Source of the DNA: Anthoceros angustus
Taxonomy: Eukaryota > Plantae > Anthocerotophyta
DNA: 64,000 nt
Assembly (NCBI GenBank): GCA_010909165.1
Contig: MU008192.1
Location: forward strand, 62,001-126,000
Direction: 5' to 3'
How positions within the stretch are numbered: the first letter of the stretch is position 1; every line of letters starts with the position of its first letter. Below the pieces are notes generated by a model. The model did not search any database, had not been told where the DNA came from, and saw only the letters and a list, made by a program, of their open reading frames with translations. Position numbers and translations under genes: made by a program. This document shows, one piece after another, positions 26,532-38,669 of the stretch.

Positions 26532-27299
26532 ATGGAAAGCGTACCGAGCGAAGCTGGTTTCGGTAGGAGCAGATTCGATTCTCTGCTCTTTGATCTGGAT
26601 GATACGTTGTACCCGCTCAGCTCGGGCCTCGCTGCCGTGTGCAGACAGCACATCCAGCAGTTCATGGTGGAGAGGCTGGGAATGGAAGCTTCCACGGTGC
26701 CAGATGTCTGCTTGCGTTTGTACCATCGGCACGGCACGACTCTGGCCGGGCTGATCGCGGAAGGGTTCCGAGTGGATTTGCATGAATTCCACGCTTTCGT
26801 GCACGGAGCTCTCCCCTACGATGCGCTGCATCCGGATCCGGTGCTGCGGAGGCTGCTGCTCAGCATGCCGCAGCGGAAGCTAGTGTTTACCAACGCGGAC
26901 AGAGTGCATGCCTTTGAGGTTTTGCGCAGGCTGGGGCTGGAGGACTGCTTTGAGGGCGTAATCTCTCTGGAATCCATTCAGCAGGCGGAGGATAGTGGTG
27001 TAGTCTGCAAGCCTGCGCAGGAGGCGTTCCGACGGGCCCTGGAGATTGCGCAGGTGGATGCTGCTACAACTCTGTTTCTAGATGACAGCGTCCGAAACAT
27101 TGCTGCTGCCAGGATTGCAGGCCTTAATACTGTTTTGGTCGGCAGCTTTGAGCGGTCAGAAGGGGCATGCTATGCTGTGGCAAGCTTGCACAATTTGCGG
27201 CAAGCTGTGCCGGACATTTGGCAAGAGTGGGACAGCACGGATGAGCTCAGCCCTTGTGCCACTAATGCGATTGATAATGCAATTGAAGTGCAAGCATAG
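26532..27299 (+). CDS. HAD-superfamily hydrolase, pyrimidine 5'-nucleotidase (SDT1-like), 255 aa, no CDS introns
   Basis: Motif I FDLDDTLY, motif II VFTNAD, motif III CKP, motif IV FLDDSVRNI. Confidence 0.93.
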   Translation: MESVPSEAGFGRSRFDSLLFDLDDTLYPLSSGLAAVCRQHIQQFMVERLGMEASTVPDVCLRLYHRHGTTLAGLIAEGFRVDLHEFHAFVHGALPYDALHPDPVLRRLLLSMPQRKLVFTNADRVHAFEVLRRLGLEDCFEGVISLESIQQAEDSGVVCKPAQEAFRRALEIAQVDAATTLFLDDSVRNIAAARIAGLNTVLVGSFERSEGACYAVASLHNLRQAVPDIWQEWDSTDELSPCATNAIDNAIEVQA

Positions 27300-28391
27300 T
27301 TGCAGCGTGCCCTAATGTAATTCATCTTTCCTATGGACCCACGTCCAGGTACATGAGATATTGCTTTGAGCTCTGCTCAAGACTCACAAGATTTCTGTTC
27401 CATGTTGTTAAACGATCAGGTCTCACTTGCAACCTCAACGTGGATGGAGAGACCCTTTCTCGAGTTAGGGTTAGAGGCAAACCAAGGTTGATGAGGTCAT
27501 GATCCCGTTGACAACCTCGTTTATCTCGTAAGAGGGCCTTGTGCTAGTTAATCTCATTGCTTAAATTCATCCCCATGTTGATTTTTGTTGTTCATCTTGG
27601 GCAGCGTTGTATGCCAGGCGTGGTGCGTATTCCCATCATAACCTTCTTTTCCTTGTAACCTGCAGGAGTGCGCTTGGCAGGTGTTTGTGTTTCGAAGATG
27701 AGAAGTGAGTTTTTCAGACTTCGGCTGGGGGCGTGGTTATCAGCTGTTTTTGTGACGAGAAAAGCATGCTTGTCATAGTTCTGGCAGATGTGGGGCAGAG
27801 TGTATGTATGGCAGTTGTTTGAGCTACTCGTGTGTCAATCGGCAAAAGGACGTTGCTACTCTTCTTCAAACAACTGAAGTACATCCACCATGCTCCCACA
27901 TTTGCTGAATCAATGGCATCTGAACACTTGTCCATACATGGATCTTTACCGTCATACAGCAGTTGCGATCACAATTGTTTTTAGGGATGGATGAGGTTCA
28001 TGTACATGTGACGATACATTGTCTTCAATCCTATGCTTCACTTTTTCTAATCCACGTTTTTTGTTTCCAACTTTTGCTCCTATCCTTTCCATGTCTTTGT
28101 TTACGGCTTGTGTCACAATCCTTTTCTTATGACGTGGTTTGATTTTGAATGGTGTCCGGAGAAAAATATTCTCTGTGCGTGAAAATGGTTCACAAGCGCG
28201 ATGCACAAGTGGGATACTTTTGGCAAACATAAAGTCCCAGTCGGATTTGTATAGCGGCACCTATTCCCCTCACTGGAGAACGTAGACAGTGCCATTTACG
28301 ACCTCCAGTTTTGCGGGTAACGACCATCGCATGGGCACCTCAGAATGTATCTATACAGGCTAAGAATAACCTAACAATGAATGTAGACAGG

Positions 28392-30082
28392 CTACTGATG
28401 AGATTTTACAGAGGAACCTCTGAAATCCTTAAAATTATGAAATCCAAGTCTGTGAAGCCAGGACCTAGCGGTCTCACTGGAAATTTTCCGATGAGAGGGC
28501 AACGCCACGTCCATCCCACCCTCTGTTTGCTTAGGGGCCTGCTGACACAAACAGGAGCATTGATGAGTACCCCTTCGTCAAAGGTGGCGGTTCCCCTCTG
28601 ATTCGGCGCAGGAACCTCACCACTCACCTGTACTTCTAACAGAAGATCAGTGTTGCAAAAATCTCGGAACTGGTTGATGATGGACTCTTTGCGTGGAGGG
28701 TCACCCTTCTTCGGACAGTTCTGTTCTATCCATTGCCGTGCACGAGCTTGCAGATGTTCTGGTTGAAGAATCCACTCAACCTTAGCATGCTTCCCCTGAA
28801 AGTACAGGTTTTCCATGTTAAAATCCCCGGAGGTAGCTCCACCACCCAAACGTTGACGAGGAGAAGTGATAAAGCAGCTGAGACATACCTGCCTAGAGTC
28901 GGAGAAAGTTCCGTCTCCACGACTTTCCCAATCCTCAACCCACTTGCGTGCTGTTTTCACAGTCACACCCACAGATTCACCTGCCTTCTCATAAGCATCT
29001 GTGACCTACACCAAGCATCCCAGCTACACCAGTATTTCAGGCCCGGCATTGTGAAACATCCAAATGTTCTCCAAAAAAAGGGCAAATGCACACAGAAAGT
29101 GAAAAAGCAGCGAGCATTCAATGTTGGACGAGCAAACAGCAACGCAGACTCACCAGACGTTCCATCACAACAGAGAATCAAGTGCATCATTCAAGATGAA
29201 GACACAGATGCAAGTCCTCTACACGTACTACACATCTTCCATCCAAGATTCTATCATCTAGACAATTAAATAAGAGAGCCAGCACAATGCCTTTCCCTCA
29301 AGCTGACTTCCTCCAAGGTTCGCAGAATCCTCCACAACCTTCAGACAGAAACAGGGCAGCATCAATGCTGCACGTTGGGGAAAAGGTTTTGAAATCCATG
29401 ACAGGGGAAAAAATAAAGTGCGAACGGCCGGCAAGTGGCTGCCGATGCAAGCGATCCCCACAGCACACCAAAACCAAAGTAAGAGTTCCAAGCAGATAGG
29501 CACCTTCAAGGATGGAGACTTGGGCCGACTGGAGGCCATGTACTTGTAGAACTCCGAGACGCAGAAAAGTTGTCTCGTCTTGATCGGCAACTTGAGCACC
29601 ATCTCCAGACTCTTTTGCCTCTCCTTCTGATAATGAGTCTGCGGCTTCCCCGTTTGCCGCACTCTCTTGTTCGGCTTGATGGACTGCTGTTGCGTACAAT
29701 CCGCACCATTGGTGTGCAAGGTGAGAGAGATAGGCGGCCAGAACTGCTGTTCCAGAAGCTGCTGCGGTGGCGCGAAGGGAATATCGGGCCTCTCCAACAG
29801 CTGCTGGAAAGTGAGCTCAGTCTCGCGTGGCCTGTCCATGGTGTGAAACGTGATGTCCACAACCGGCCTCTCGATCTGCTGCGGCGACTCGATATCCACG
29901 TCCCGGTCTCTCTCCGCATCAAGAACGTCTTGCCGCTCCTGATAGGCATCCAAGCCGACCGTCCGGTGGTGATGCTCATGGTGGAGGTGCTCCTTGTACG
30001 CCTGCACGTCCGGGTGCCCGTGCACCGCATGCTCGTAGCTCTCCATCTGCATTTCCGCATGCTGGTACATCCCGACCTGCAT
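28392..30082 (-). CDS. 4-exon gene (30082-29504, 29005-28889, 28795-28628, 28541-28392; about 337 aa): His/Gln-rich N-terminus fused to an IS630/Tc1-like transposase DNA-binding region, no catalytic domain
   Basis: Three GT-AG phase-0 introns join into one open frame: ...SLK|VTDAYEKAGESVGVTVKTARKWVEDW...SDSRQ|GKHAKVEWIL...ARQWIEQNCPKKGDP...FCNTDLLLEVQ|...RKISSETARSWLHRLGF...SHQ*. Exon lengths 579, 117, 168 and 150 are all multiples of 3. The intron 1 acceptor is the least certain boundary. Confidence 0.72.
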
Positions 30083-30637
30083 TTTCTCCTACCGAAAATT
30101 TACAAGCACAATTCTCCAACCTCAAGCACCGCCTCCACTCCCTCTCACTCTTCCTCACCTCCCGCTCCCGCAATTCCCCACACTTGGAATCCGATCACCG
30201 AAACTCCCTCTCCTCACCACAAGCATCTTCCAGCCCCGTCGCCCTTGGAAAGCTAGCTCTGCGCCGGCCAGGCCACACAGCTGCATACTTCCTTCCCCCT
30301 CCACGCTACACCTTCCTCCGCTCCCTCATCCTGCCAGCCACGCTCTCCACCACACCAGGTCACGGCAACAAGCAGCGCATCGTGCTCTCCCGCAGAGATC
30401 CGCACCACCAGCACACCGCGCACCACCTCCGGCTCAACTCCCGCCACCACCGGCCTCCCCGAGCTCGCCGCACATTCCCCGGCTGCGCAGCAGCCCACCA
30501 GCAGGAATTCGCACACCGCGAAGGCAGAATCGCAGCAGAACGCTCGATCACTCGGGCGCAGGAGGAGAAGAGAGGGAACGGGAGCGGATGCTGGAGTGTA
30601 AGGGAAATTTGAAGGTTAGGTTTTCGTGGGGAGGCTC

Positions 30638-30648
30638 TTATAGTATAA
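30638..30648 (-). promoter_or_regulatory. TATA-like box upstream of a CT-rich leader of the 30082 gene
   Basis: Minus strand TTATACTATAA followed by a pyrimidine-rich leader. Confidence 0.3.
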
Positions 30649-30950
30649 GGGAATTCTTGGGCTGCCTCCCTTGCGGAGGGCCGTTCCGTTGGCAAAGGCC
30701 GCCGGGCAGCCCTGCGGGAAGGGCCGGGCGAGGTTCAATGCACCTGATCGTGAAGACCGCGCCTGCTGAGGTGGCGACACACGGCGGCCCCACGTCGGAT
30801 GCCCGGGCCCGCCGCAGGCCAAGCAAGCGCGAGCCTCGACTAGGCTGGCGACGCCCGTGCCAGCGTGTCTCGATTCATGCACCTGCGCCATGACCACTTT
30901 TAGTTTATCCGAAAAGATGTCGGGACCGCATGAGCCAGACGTTTGCAAGG

Positions 30951-33900
30951 GCCTGCGTCTCAATCTCCGGAAGCAATGCCCAGCGTGTGAAGGTGGCGTG
31001 GCATGCCATGCCTCGCCCATCACGATGCTCTCTCACGTGGTATACTTTAAACGCAACACCATGTACGGGTCCATACAGGATGTCACTGCCGTATTTTGCC
31101 CGGCCGCAGCACAACCCTAGTATACGCACCCACCACAACGAGGTTGTGATGTAAACCAACCATGCTTGATTTTAGAACCGTGCGCGAGTATGACGGCGCG
31201 GTGTCTACAAACCATCCCAAAGACAAACAGATTAACCTAAACCAAGCACCCAAAGACAAAGCAGTTAACCTAAACCAAGCACCCAAAGACAAACACATTA
31301 ACCTAAACCAAGCATTAAGCGTGCTCCGTCCATGGAGTGTCCTGAAGGTGCAATTTCGAGGCTTGGTCAATTACTACCGAGAATCTAACTTGGCGGGGTT
31401 TTGAAGGATTTGAAGATTGCCTACATTCCATGGAATAGAGTAGAAGATTTCATTTCGGTGAAGGCTTCAAATGTGCTGCAAGTTTCTATCGGAAGGATTC
31501 AAAGACTCAAAATTCACTACCACCACCAATTGTGCCGTCCTTAGACACGCAATCACATATATCGTGCTACGCAACTTCCAAGTTCTCTACACTAATTTCC
31601 CGACCATTTGGGTTTCTGGCTTGGTGGCCTCTGTCCATGTGCTTTCTTTGCCTTAAGTTGAAGCCAAATCTTGGTATTTCTTTGTGTGTTTCTATGTAGG
31701 TATTGGTGTTCATATGGACCGGAGGATTTCCGAGCTGCTACCACACCCAAGAATGTGCGCATGAAGACCGGATGTATGGCCAATTTTGTTGTGAAGCAGT
31801 TGCGCTTATTCCTTGAAGTTGCTCAAATCCTTCTTCATGAAGGAGCGCACGTAGATCGAGCAGGTGATATCTGTCATGGTCCGCAGTATGTGGGACACCC
31901 TAAATTGTCTAGAGCTCCTTGGATCTCGAAAGAGAAAAAGGATTGGGTTAAACATTGTCTTTATTGCAAGGTATCGTGGGAGATTATGCGTCGGCATGTT
32001 GCGATTGTGTAGAAGATGAGTCACTACATAGGACATGAGCGTGGTGGTGACGTTCGAGATGACTACATGCGGCAAGGATGTGTTGAACATGAAGCGACAA
32101 GTGGAAGCGGGTGAGTGGAAACTAGACCACGATGATGTAAAGTCCGAGATGTGGCTCAAAGTGAATCTTGACCTTATCTTCCATAGATCGAACGTGAACC
32201 TTTTGTTTTAGGGTTGCAAACTCCTTTCATGCGGCATATGTTCATCAAGCATGGTAACAATAGTGTGTTAGCCATGGACGCCACATTTGGTATGAACAAG
32301 TATAGGTACCACTTATTTACGGTGATGGTTTTGATCAACACCTTAATGGTATTCCGATTGCTTGGGCACTAACACGAGGCTACTATACTTTCTTTGGTAT
32401 CATGGTTGGCGCCACTCGACATGTCGCTCTTACAACATGTGCAACATGGGTCCCTAGTTGCTTCCTAGTTGATGATTGTTTAGCAGAGATAGGTGCCTTT
32501 AAACAGGTATGGGGGGCCAACATACATGTTGTGTTGTGTCTATGGCATGTAAGGAAGGCTGGCGTGAACCTTTTAAAGAAGGTAAAGTGCATTATTGCAA
32601 GGAAGAAGATTTGGGCAGCTCTTGCGGAGATCATGTATGTCGAGGCCATAATACAAGATGGTGCATCGCATGGGGTAAGGTATTGTTAGAGTTCTTCTAC
32701 AAGGAGTGGCATGGAAGTCAACCGCCTTTGTTGAGTATTTCAAGAAGCGTTGGGGTGACTCTATAGGTATTATTCTTTGCCCAAAGTGCACTAGTTTCTT
32801 TGTGCGGTAAGGGTTGCTTGAATGGATGTTTACATGGTGTCGGTGTGTAATAATGTTTTAGCATTTCTATGCGGACATGTGGTTGAAGAACCGCAGGATG
32901 TTTCCCCATGGACAAGATACCACGCGCTGGAGGCCTTTCATCGATTCTTGAAGGAAAGAGTATCTTTTACCAAGGCTGCGTTGCCGGAAGGCGTATGGAT
33001 TGGCTTCTTCATCAACTTGTGAGCAAGTAGGCATTCGGTACCTTGATTTCACCAAGGGGGGTTACAAGCGAATTTAAAACTCGAGAAGGTATATGAGCAT
33101 GTTTTGTCCATGAGCACCATCCAGAATTGTCATATTCCGTCAGTGGTCTCATTGCATATTGCATGTCCTCGAGGATAGTGACAAGGTTTACGTCATTGAG
33201 GCCACATTCTCCATGGGCATTTTGTACTTGTGGGATGGGGCGAAAGGATTCATTTGCAAACATGTTGTGAAGGTGCAATGTATGTGGTATATTTGAACAT
33301 ACTTCCCGATTATTGCGCCTTGCTTGGTGTACCAATGGATCTTATGTTCGGGCACAAGAAGAAGGAAGAACATTACGACCTAAATCTTGTTACGGAGAAT
33401 GAGATATCACATGATAATCATGTTCGGGATATACTGTCTGACAATCTTTGTTGTCGCACATCTTCCCATCAACCTGTAGCTTGGAGGAGTTGAAGTCAAA
33501 CGACGCCGAGACTTGGATGCAATCGTATGGGTATTCCAAGCATTGTGGAAGCCAAGCACTATTTTGTTTGAGGTCTGCGCAATAATGGAACAAGCACAAT
33601 TCTCCAACCTCAAGCACCGCCTCCACTCCTCTCACTCTTCCTCACCTCCGCTCCCGCAATTCCCCACACTTGGAATCCGATCACCGAAACTCCTCTCCTC
33701 ACCACAAGCATCTTCCAGCCCGTCGCCCTTGGAAAGCTAGCTCTGCGCCGGCCAGGCCACACAGCTGCATACTTCCTTCCCCCTCCACGCTACACCTTCC
33801 TCCGCTCCCTCATCCTGCCAGCCACGCTCTCCACCACACCAGGTCACGGCAACAAGCAGCGCATCGTGCTCTCCCGCAGAGATCCGCACCACCAGCACAC

Positions 33901-34570
33901 CGCGCACCACCTCCGGCTCAACTCCCGCCACCACCGGCCTCCCAGGCTCGCCGCACATTCCCCGGCGCAACGCTCCCACCAGCAGGAATTCGCACACCGC
34001 GAAGGCAGAATCGCAGCAGAACGCTCAAGACCAGAAGAAAAAGTGATTACTTTGTGACACCTTTAGGCTAAGGGCTGAAGAATTTTGCAATCGAGGGCTG
34101 AAAAATTTTGCAATCGAGGGCTGAAAAATTTTGCAATCGAGGGCTGAAAAATTTTGCAATCGAGGGCTGAAAAATTTTGCAATCGGCTGATGAGTTACAA
34201 AATTATTATGAAATTTGTTGAGTTTCGACCTTGTATAGCCTAGACTTCTTTACAATGATGTTTTACAAATTAGTACAATAATGAAGGCTCTTGTATGGCT
34301 AGAAAATCTTTGTATGGCTAGAAGGCTCTTGTATGGCAATTTCCTACGAACACTTCGATTCAAAAATACGTCCCATCCACGATGTCCCCCGCCTTTGCTA
34401 GTTGTCCTCCCTCACTTTGGTGAACAAACATGAAGACTCAACGGCGGTTTCGAGTCACGAGTACACGAGATATGGGCTGGCCAAGTGCATCTCCGGTTGT
34501 GACTCTCTGAGCACGCCTCCAAGCGACTACGCATCATTTCTAGGGGCCCTGAATGAACCTACAAAACACT
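30951..34570 (+). mobile_element. Partial tandem copy of the Mutator-like element (left TIR, SWIM transposase, truncated before the right TIR)
   Basis: Same left flank and TTTGCAAGG (30942-30950) as the full copy; transposase about 31400-33590. Confidence 0.85.
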
Positions 34571-35443
34571 TCCTCCGCTCCCTCATCCTGCCAGCCACGC
34601 TCTCCACCACACCAGGTCACGGCAACAAGCAGCGCATCGTGCTCTCCCGCAGAGATCCGCACCACCAGCACACCGCGCACCACCTCCGGCTCAACTCCCG
34701 CCACCACCGGCCTCCCAGGCTCGCCGCACATTCCCCGGCTGCGCAGCAGCCCACCAGCAGGAATTCGCACACCGCGAAGGCAGAATCGCAGCAGAACGCT
34801 CGATCACTCGGGCGCAGGAGGAGAAGAGAGGAACGGGAGCGGATGCTGGAGTGTAAGGAAATTTGAAGGTTAGGTTTTCGTGGGAGGCTCTTATAAGGAA
34901 TTCTTGGGCTGCCTCCTTGCGGAGGGCCGTTCCGTTGGCAAAGGCCGCCGGGCAGCCTGCGGAAGGGCCGGGCGAGGTTCAATGCACCTGATCGTGAAGA
35001 CCGCGCCTGCTGGTGGCGACACACGGCGGCCCCACGTCGGATGCCGGGCCGCCGCAGGCCAAGCGCGAGCCTCGACTAGGCTGGCGACGCCCGTGCGGCG
35101 TGTCTCGATTCATGCACTGCGCCATGACCACTTTTAGTTTATCCGAAAAGATGCCGGGACCGCATGAGCGGACGTTTGCAAGGGCCTGCGTCTCAATCTC
35201 GAAGCAATCAACGCCCGGCGCGTGTGAAGGCGTGGCATGCCATGCCTCGCCCATCACGATGCTCTCTCATCGTGGTATACTTTAAACGCAACACCATGTA
35301 CAGGTCCATACAGGATGTCACTGCCGTATTTTGCCCAGCGGCCCTAGTATACGCACCACCACGAGGTTGTGATGTAAACCAACCATGCTTGATTTTAGAA
35401 CCGTGCGCGAGTATGAACTGAGCGCGGGTGTCTTCAAACCATC

Positions 35444-35541
35444 CCAAAGACAAACAGATTAACCTAAACCAAGCACCCAAAGACAAACAGTTAACCTAAA
35501 CCAAGCACCCAAAGACAAACACATTAACCTAAACCAAGCAT
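35444..35541 (+). repeat. 33-bp subterminal tandem repeat x3 (also 31215-31313)
   Basis: CCCAAAGACAAACAGATTAACCTAAACCAAGCA repeated. Confidence 0.9.
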
Positions 35542-35619
35542 TCGGCGCCAGCGTGCTCCGTCCATGGAGTGTCCGTGAAGGTGCAATTTCAGGGCTCATT
35601 CTAATCTAACTTGGTTTTG

Positions 35620-37790
35620 AAGGATTTGAAGATTGCCTACATTCCATGGAATAGAGTAGAAGATTTCATTTCGGTGAAGGCTTCAAATGTCTGCAAGTTT
35701 CTATCGGAAGGATTCAAAGACTCAAAATTCACTACCACCACCAATTGTGCCGTCCTTAGACACGCAATCACATATATCGTGCTACGCAACTTCCAAGTTC
35801 TCTACACTAATTTCCCGACCATTTGGGTTTCTGGCTTGGTATCATCCATGTGCTTTCTTTGCCTTAAGTTGAAGCCAAATCTTGGTATTTTGCAGTGTGT
35901 TTCTATGTAGGTATTGGTGTTCATATGGACGGAGGATTCATTGCTACCACACCCAAGAATGTGCGCATGAAGACCGGATGTATGGCCAATTTTGTTGTGA
36001 AGCGATTGCGCTTATTCCACAAGTTGCTCAAATCCTTCTTCATGAAGAGGCACGTAGATCGGCGGTGATATCATCATGGTCCAGTATGTGGGACACCCTA
36101 AATTGTCTAGAGCTCCTTGGATCTCGAGAGAAAAGGATTGGGTTAAACATTGTCTTTATTGCAAGGTATCGTGGGAGATTATCGTCGGCATGTTGCGGTT
36201 GTGTACGAGAAGATGAGTCACTACATAGGACATGAGCGTGGTGGTGGCGTTCGAGATGACTACATGCGGCGCAGGATGTGTTGAACATGAAGCGACAAGT
36301 GGAAGCGGGTGAGTGGAAACTAGACCACGATGATGTAAAGTCCGAGATGTGGCTCAAAGTGAATCTTGACCTTATCTTCCATAGATCGAACACGGTGAAC
36401 CTTTTGTTTTAGGGTTGCAAACTCCTTTCATGCGGCATATGTTCATCAAGCATGGTAACAATAGTGTGTTAGCCATGGGCCACATTTGGTATGAACAAGT
36501 ATAGGTACCACTTATTTACGGTGATGGTTTTGATCAACACCTTAATGGTATTCCGATTGCTTGGGCACTAACACGAGGCTACTATACTTTCTTTGGTATC
36601 ATGGTTGGCGCCACTCGACATGTCGCTCTTACAACATGTGCAACATGGGTCCCTAGTTGCTTCCTAGTTGATGATTGTTTAGCGAGATAGGTGCCTTTAA
36701 GCGGTATGGGGCCAACATACATGTTGTGTTGTGTCTATGGCATGTAAGGAAGGCTGGCGTGAACCTTTTAAAGAAGGTAAAGTGCATTATTGCAAGGAAG
36801 AAGATTTGGGCAGCTCTTGCGGAGATCATGTATGTCGAGGCCATAATCGCAAGATGGTACGCATGGGGTAAGGTATTGTTAGAGTTCTTCTACAAGGAGT
36901 GGCATGGAAGTCAACCACCTTTTGTTGAGTATTTCAAGCGATGGGGTGACTCTATAGGTATTATTCTTTGCCCAAAGTGCACTAGTTTCTTTGTGCGGTA
37001 AGGGTTGCTTGAATGGATGTTTACATGTTGTTGTGTAATAATGTTTCGCATTTCGTTATGCGGACATGTGGTTGAAGAAGCTGAGGATGTTTCCCAGGAC
37101 AAGATACCACGTCCTGGAGGCCTTTCATCGATTCTTGAAGGAAAGAGTATCTTTTACCAAGGCTGCGTTGCGGAAGGCGTATGGATTGGCTTCTTCATCA
37201 ACTTGTGAGCAGTAGCAGCATTCTTGGTACCTTGATTTCCAAGGGGGTTAGCGAATTTAAAACTCGAGAAGGTATATGAGCATGTTTTGTCCATGTGAGC
37301 ACCATCCCAGACGACATATTCCAATGGTGGGTCTCTTGTTGCATATTGCATGTCCTCGAGGATAGTGACAAGGTTTACGTCATTGAGGCACATTCTCCAT
37401 GGGCATTTTGTACTTGTGGGATGGGGCGAGAAAGGATTCATTTGCAACATGTTGTGAAGGTGCAGTATGTGGTATATTTGAACATACTTCCCGATTATTG
37501 CGCCTTGCTTGGTGTACCAATGGATCTTATGTTCGGGCACAAGAAGAAGGAAGAACATTACGACCTAAATCTTGTTACGGAGAATGAGATATCACATGAT
37601 AATCATGTTCGAGGATACAACGGCTGTCTGACAATCTGCATCTTCCCATCAACCGTAGCTTGGAGGTTGAAGCGGCGTCGAGACTTGGATGCAATCTGTA
37701 TGGGTATTCCAAGCATTGTGGAAGCCAAGCCTGCTATTTTGTTTGAGGTCTGCAATAATGGAACAAGCACAACATCGTATTAGGGAAGTT
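35620..37790 (+). pseudogene. MULE-type DDE transposase with SWIM finger, resembling the Arabidopsis At4g13970/At1g60560 SWIM family; frameshifted in this assembly
   Basis: Composite of both copies: IAYIPWNRVEDFI, YWCSYGPED, GCMANFVVK, CHG, MDATFG (D1), LVDD (D2), LCLWHVRKA, ALEAFHRFLK (E), SWIM CTCG...CKH. Confidence 0.85.
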
Positions 37791-37935
37791 GCATTTCGGT
37801 GGGAGGCCTCAAGCGATGAACGGTATTAGAGGAGTTTGTTCGAACGGGACCAACGGTTAGTGCGTTTCAAGGGCATTGAAGACGCTCAAGACCAAGAAGA
37901 AAAAGTGATTACTTTGTGACACCTTTTTTGGCTAA

Positions 37936-38100
37936 GGGCTGAAGAATTTTGCAATCGAGGGCTGAAAAATTTTGCAATCGAGGGCTGAAAAATTTTGCAA
38001 TCGAGGGCTGAAAAATTTTGCAATCGGGCTAAGAAATTTTGCAATCGAGGCTGAAAAATTTTGCAATCGAGGGCTGAAGAATTTTGCAATCGAGGCTGAA
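37936..38100 (+). repeat. 23-bp tandem repeat about x7 (x5 at 34072-34186)
   Basis: GGGCTGAAAAATTTTGCAATCGA repeated. Confidence 0.92.
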
Positions 38101-38669
38101 AATTATGAGGAATTTGTTGTTGTTTCGACCTTGTATAGCCTAGACTTCTTTACTAGGATGTTTTACAAATTAGTACAATAATGAAGGCTCTGTGTGGCTA
38201 GAAGGCTCTTGTATGGCTAGAACAAGAAAGGCTCTTGTATGGCAATTTCCTACGAACACTTGATTCAAAATACGTCCCATCCACGATGTCCCCGCCTTTG
38301 CTAGTTGTCCTCCTCACTTTGGTGAACAAACATCAAGACTCCAACCGGCGGGTTTACCGAGTCAGTACACAGATAGTGGGGCTGGCCAAGTGCATCTCCG
38401 GTTGTGACTTATACGAGCCTGCCTCCAAGCGACTTTACACATCATTTCTAGGGGCCCCTGCAAAGATGAACCTACAAAACACTTCCTCCCGACAAATCCG
38501 TCTTTAGCAGTACATACTAGCGATGCTGTTTATCGGCCATACTCGGCTCATCACCAGCTCTGCATTTGACCCCGAACTTGCCATCCACCAGAATGGAGCC
38601 GATCACACATCACTCATCAATTTGAGTGGCGAAGAGCCATCGGCGGCGTCCCAACCCGCCACATCCCCC

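Noticed and set aside
28796-28816. ENLYFQG (TEV protease site) in ORF 28406-28972, suggesting vector contamination
   Set aside because: It is read-through of the intron 2 acceptor (...gaaaacctgtactttcag|ggg). After splicing the protein reads SRQ-GKHAK, and no tag or vector context is present.
29570-30256. 228-aa plus-strand ORF
   Set aside because: Antisense shadow of exon 1 of the minus-strand gene.
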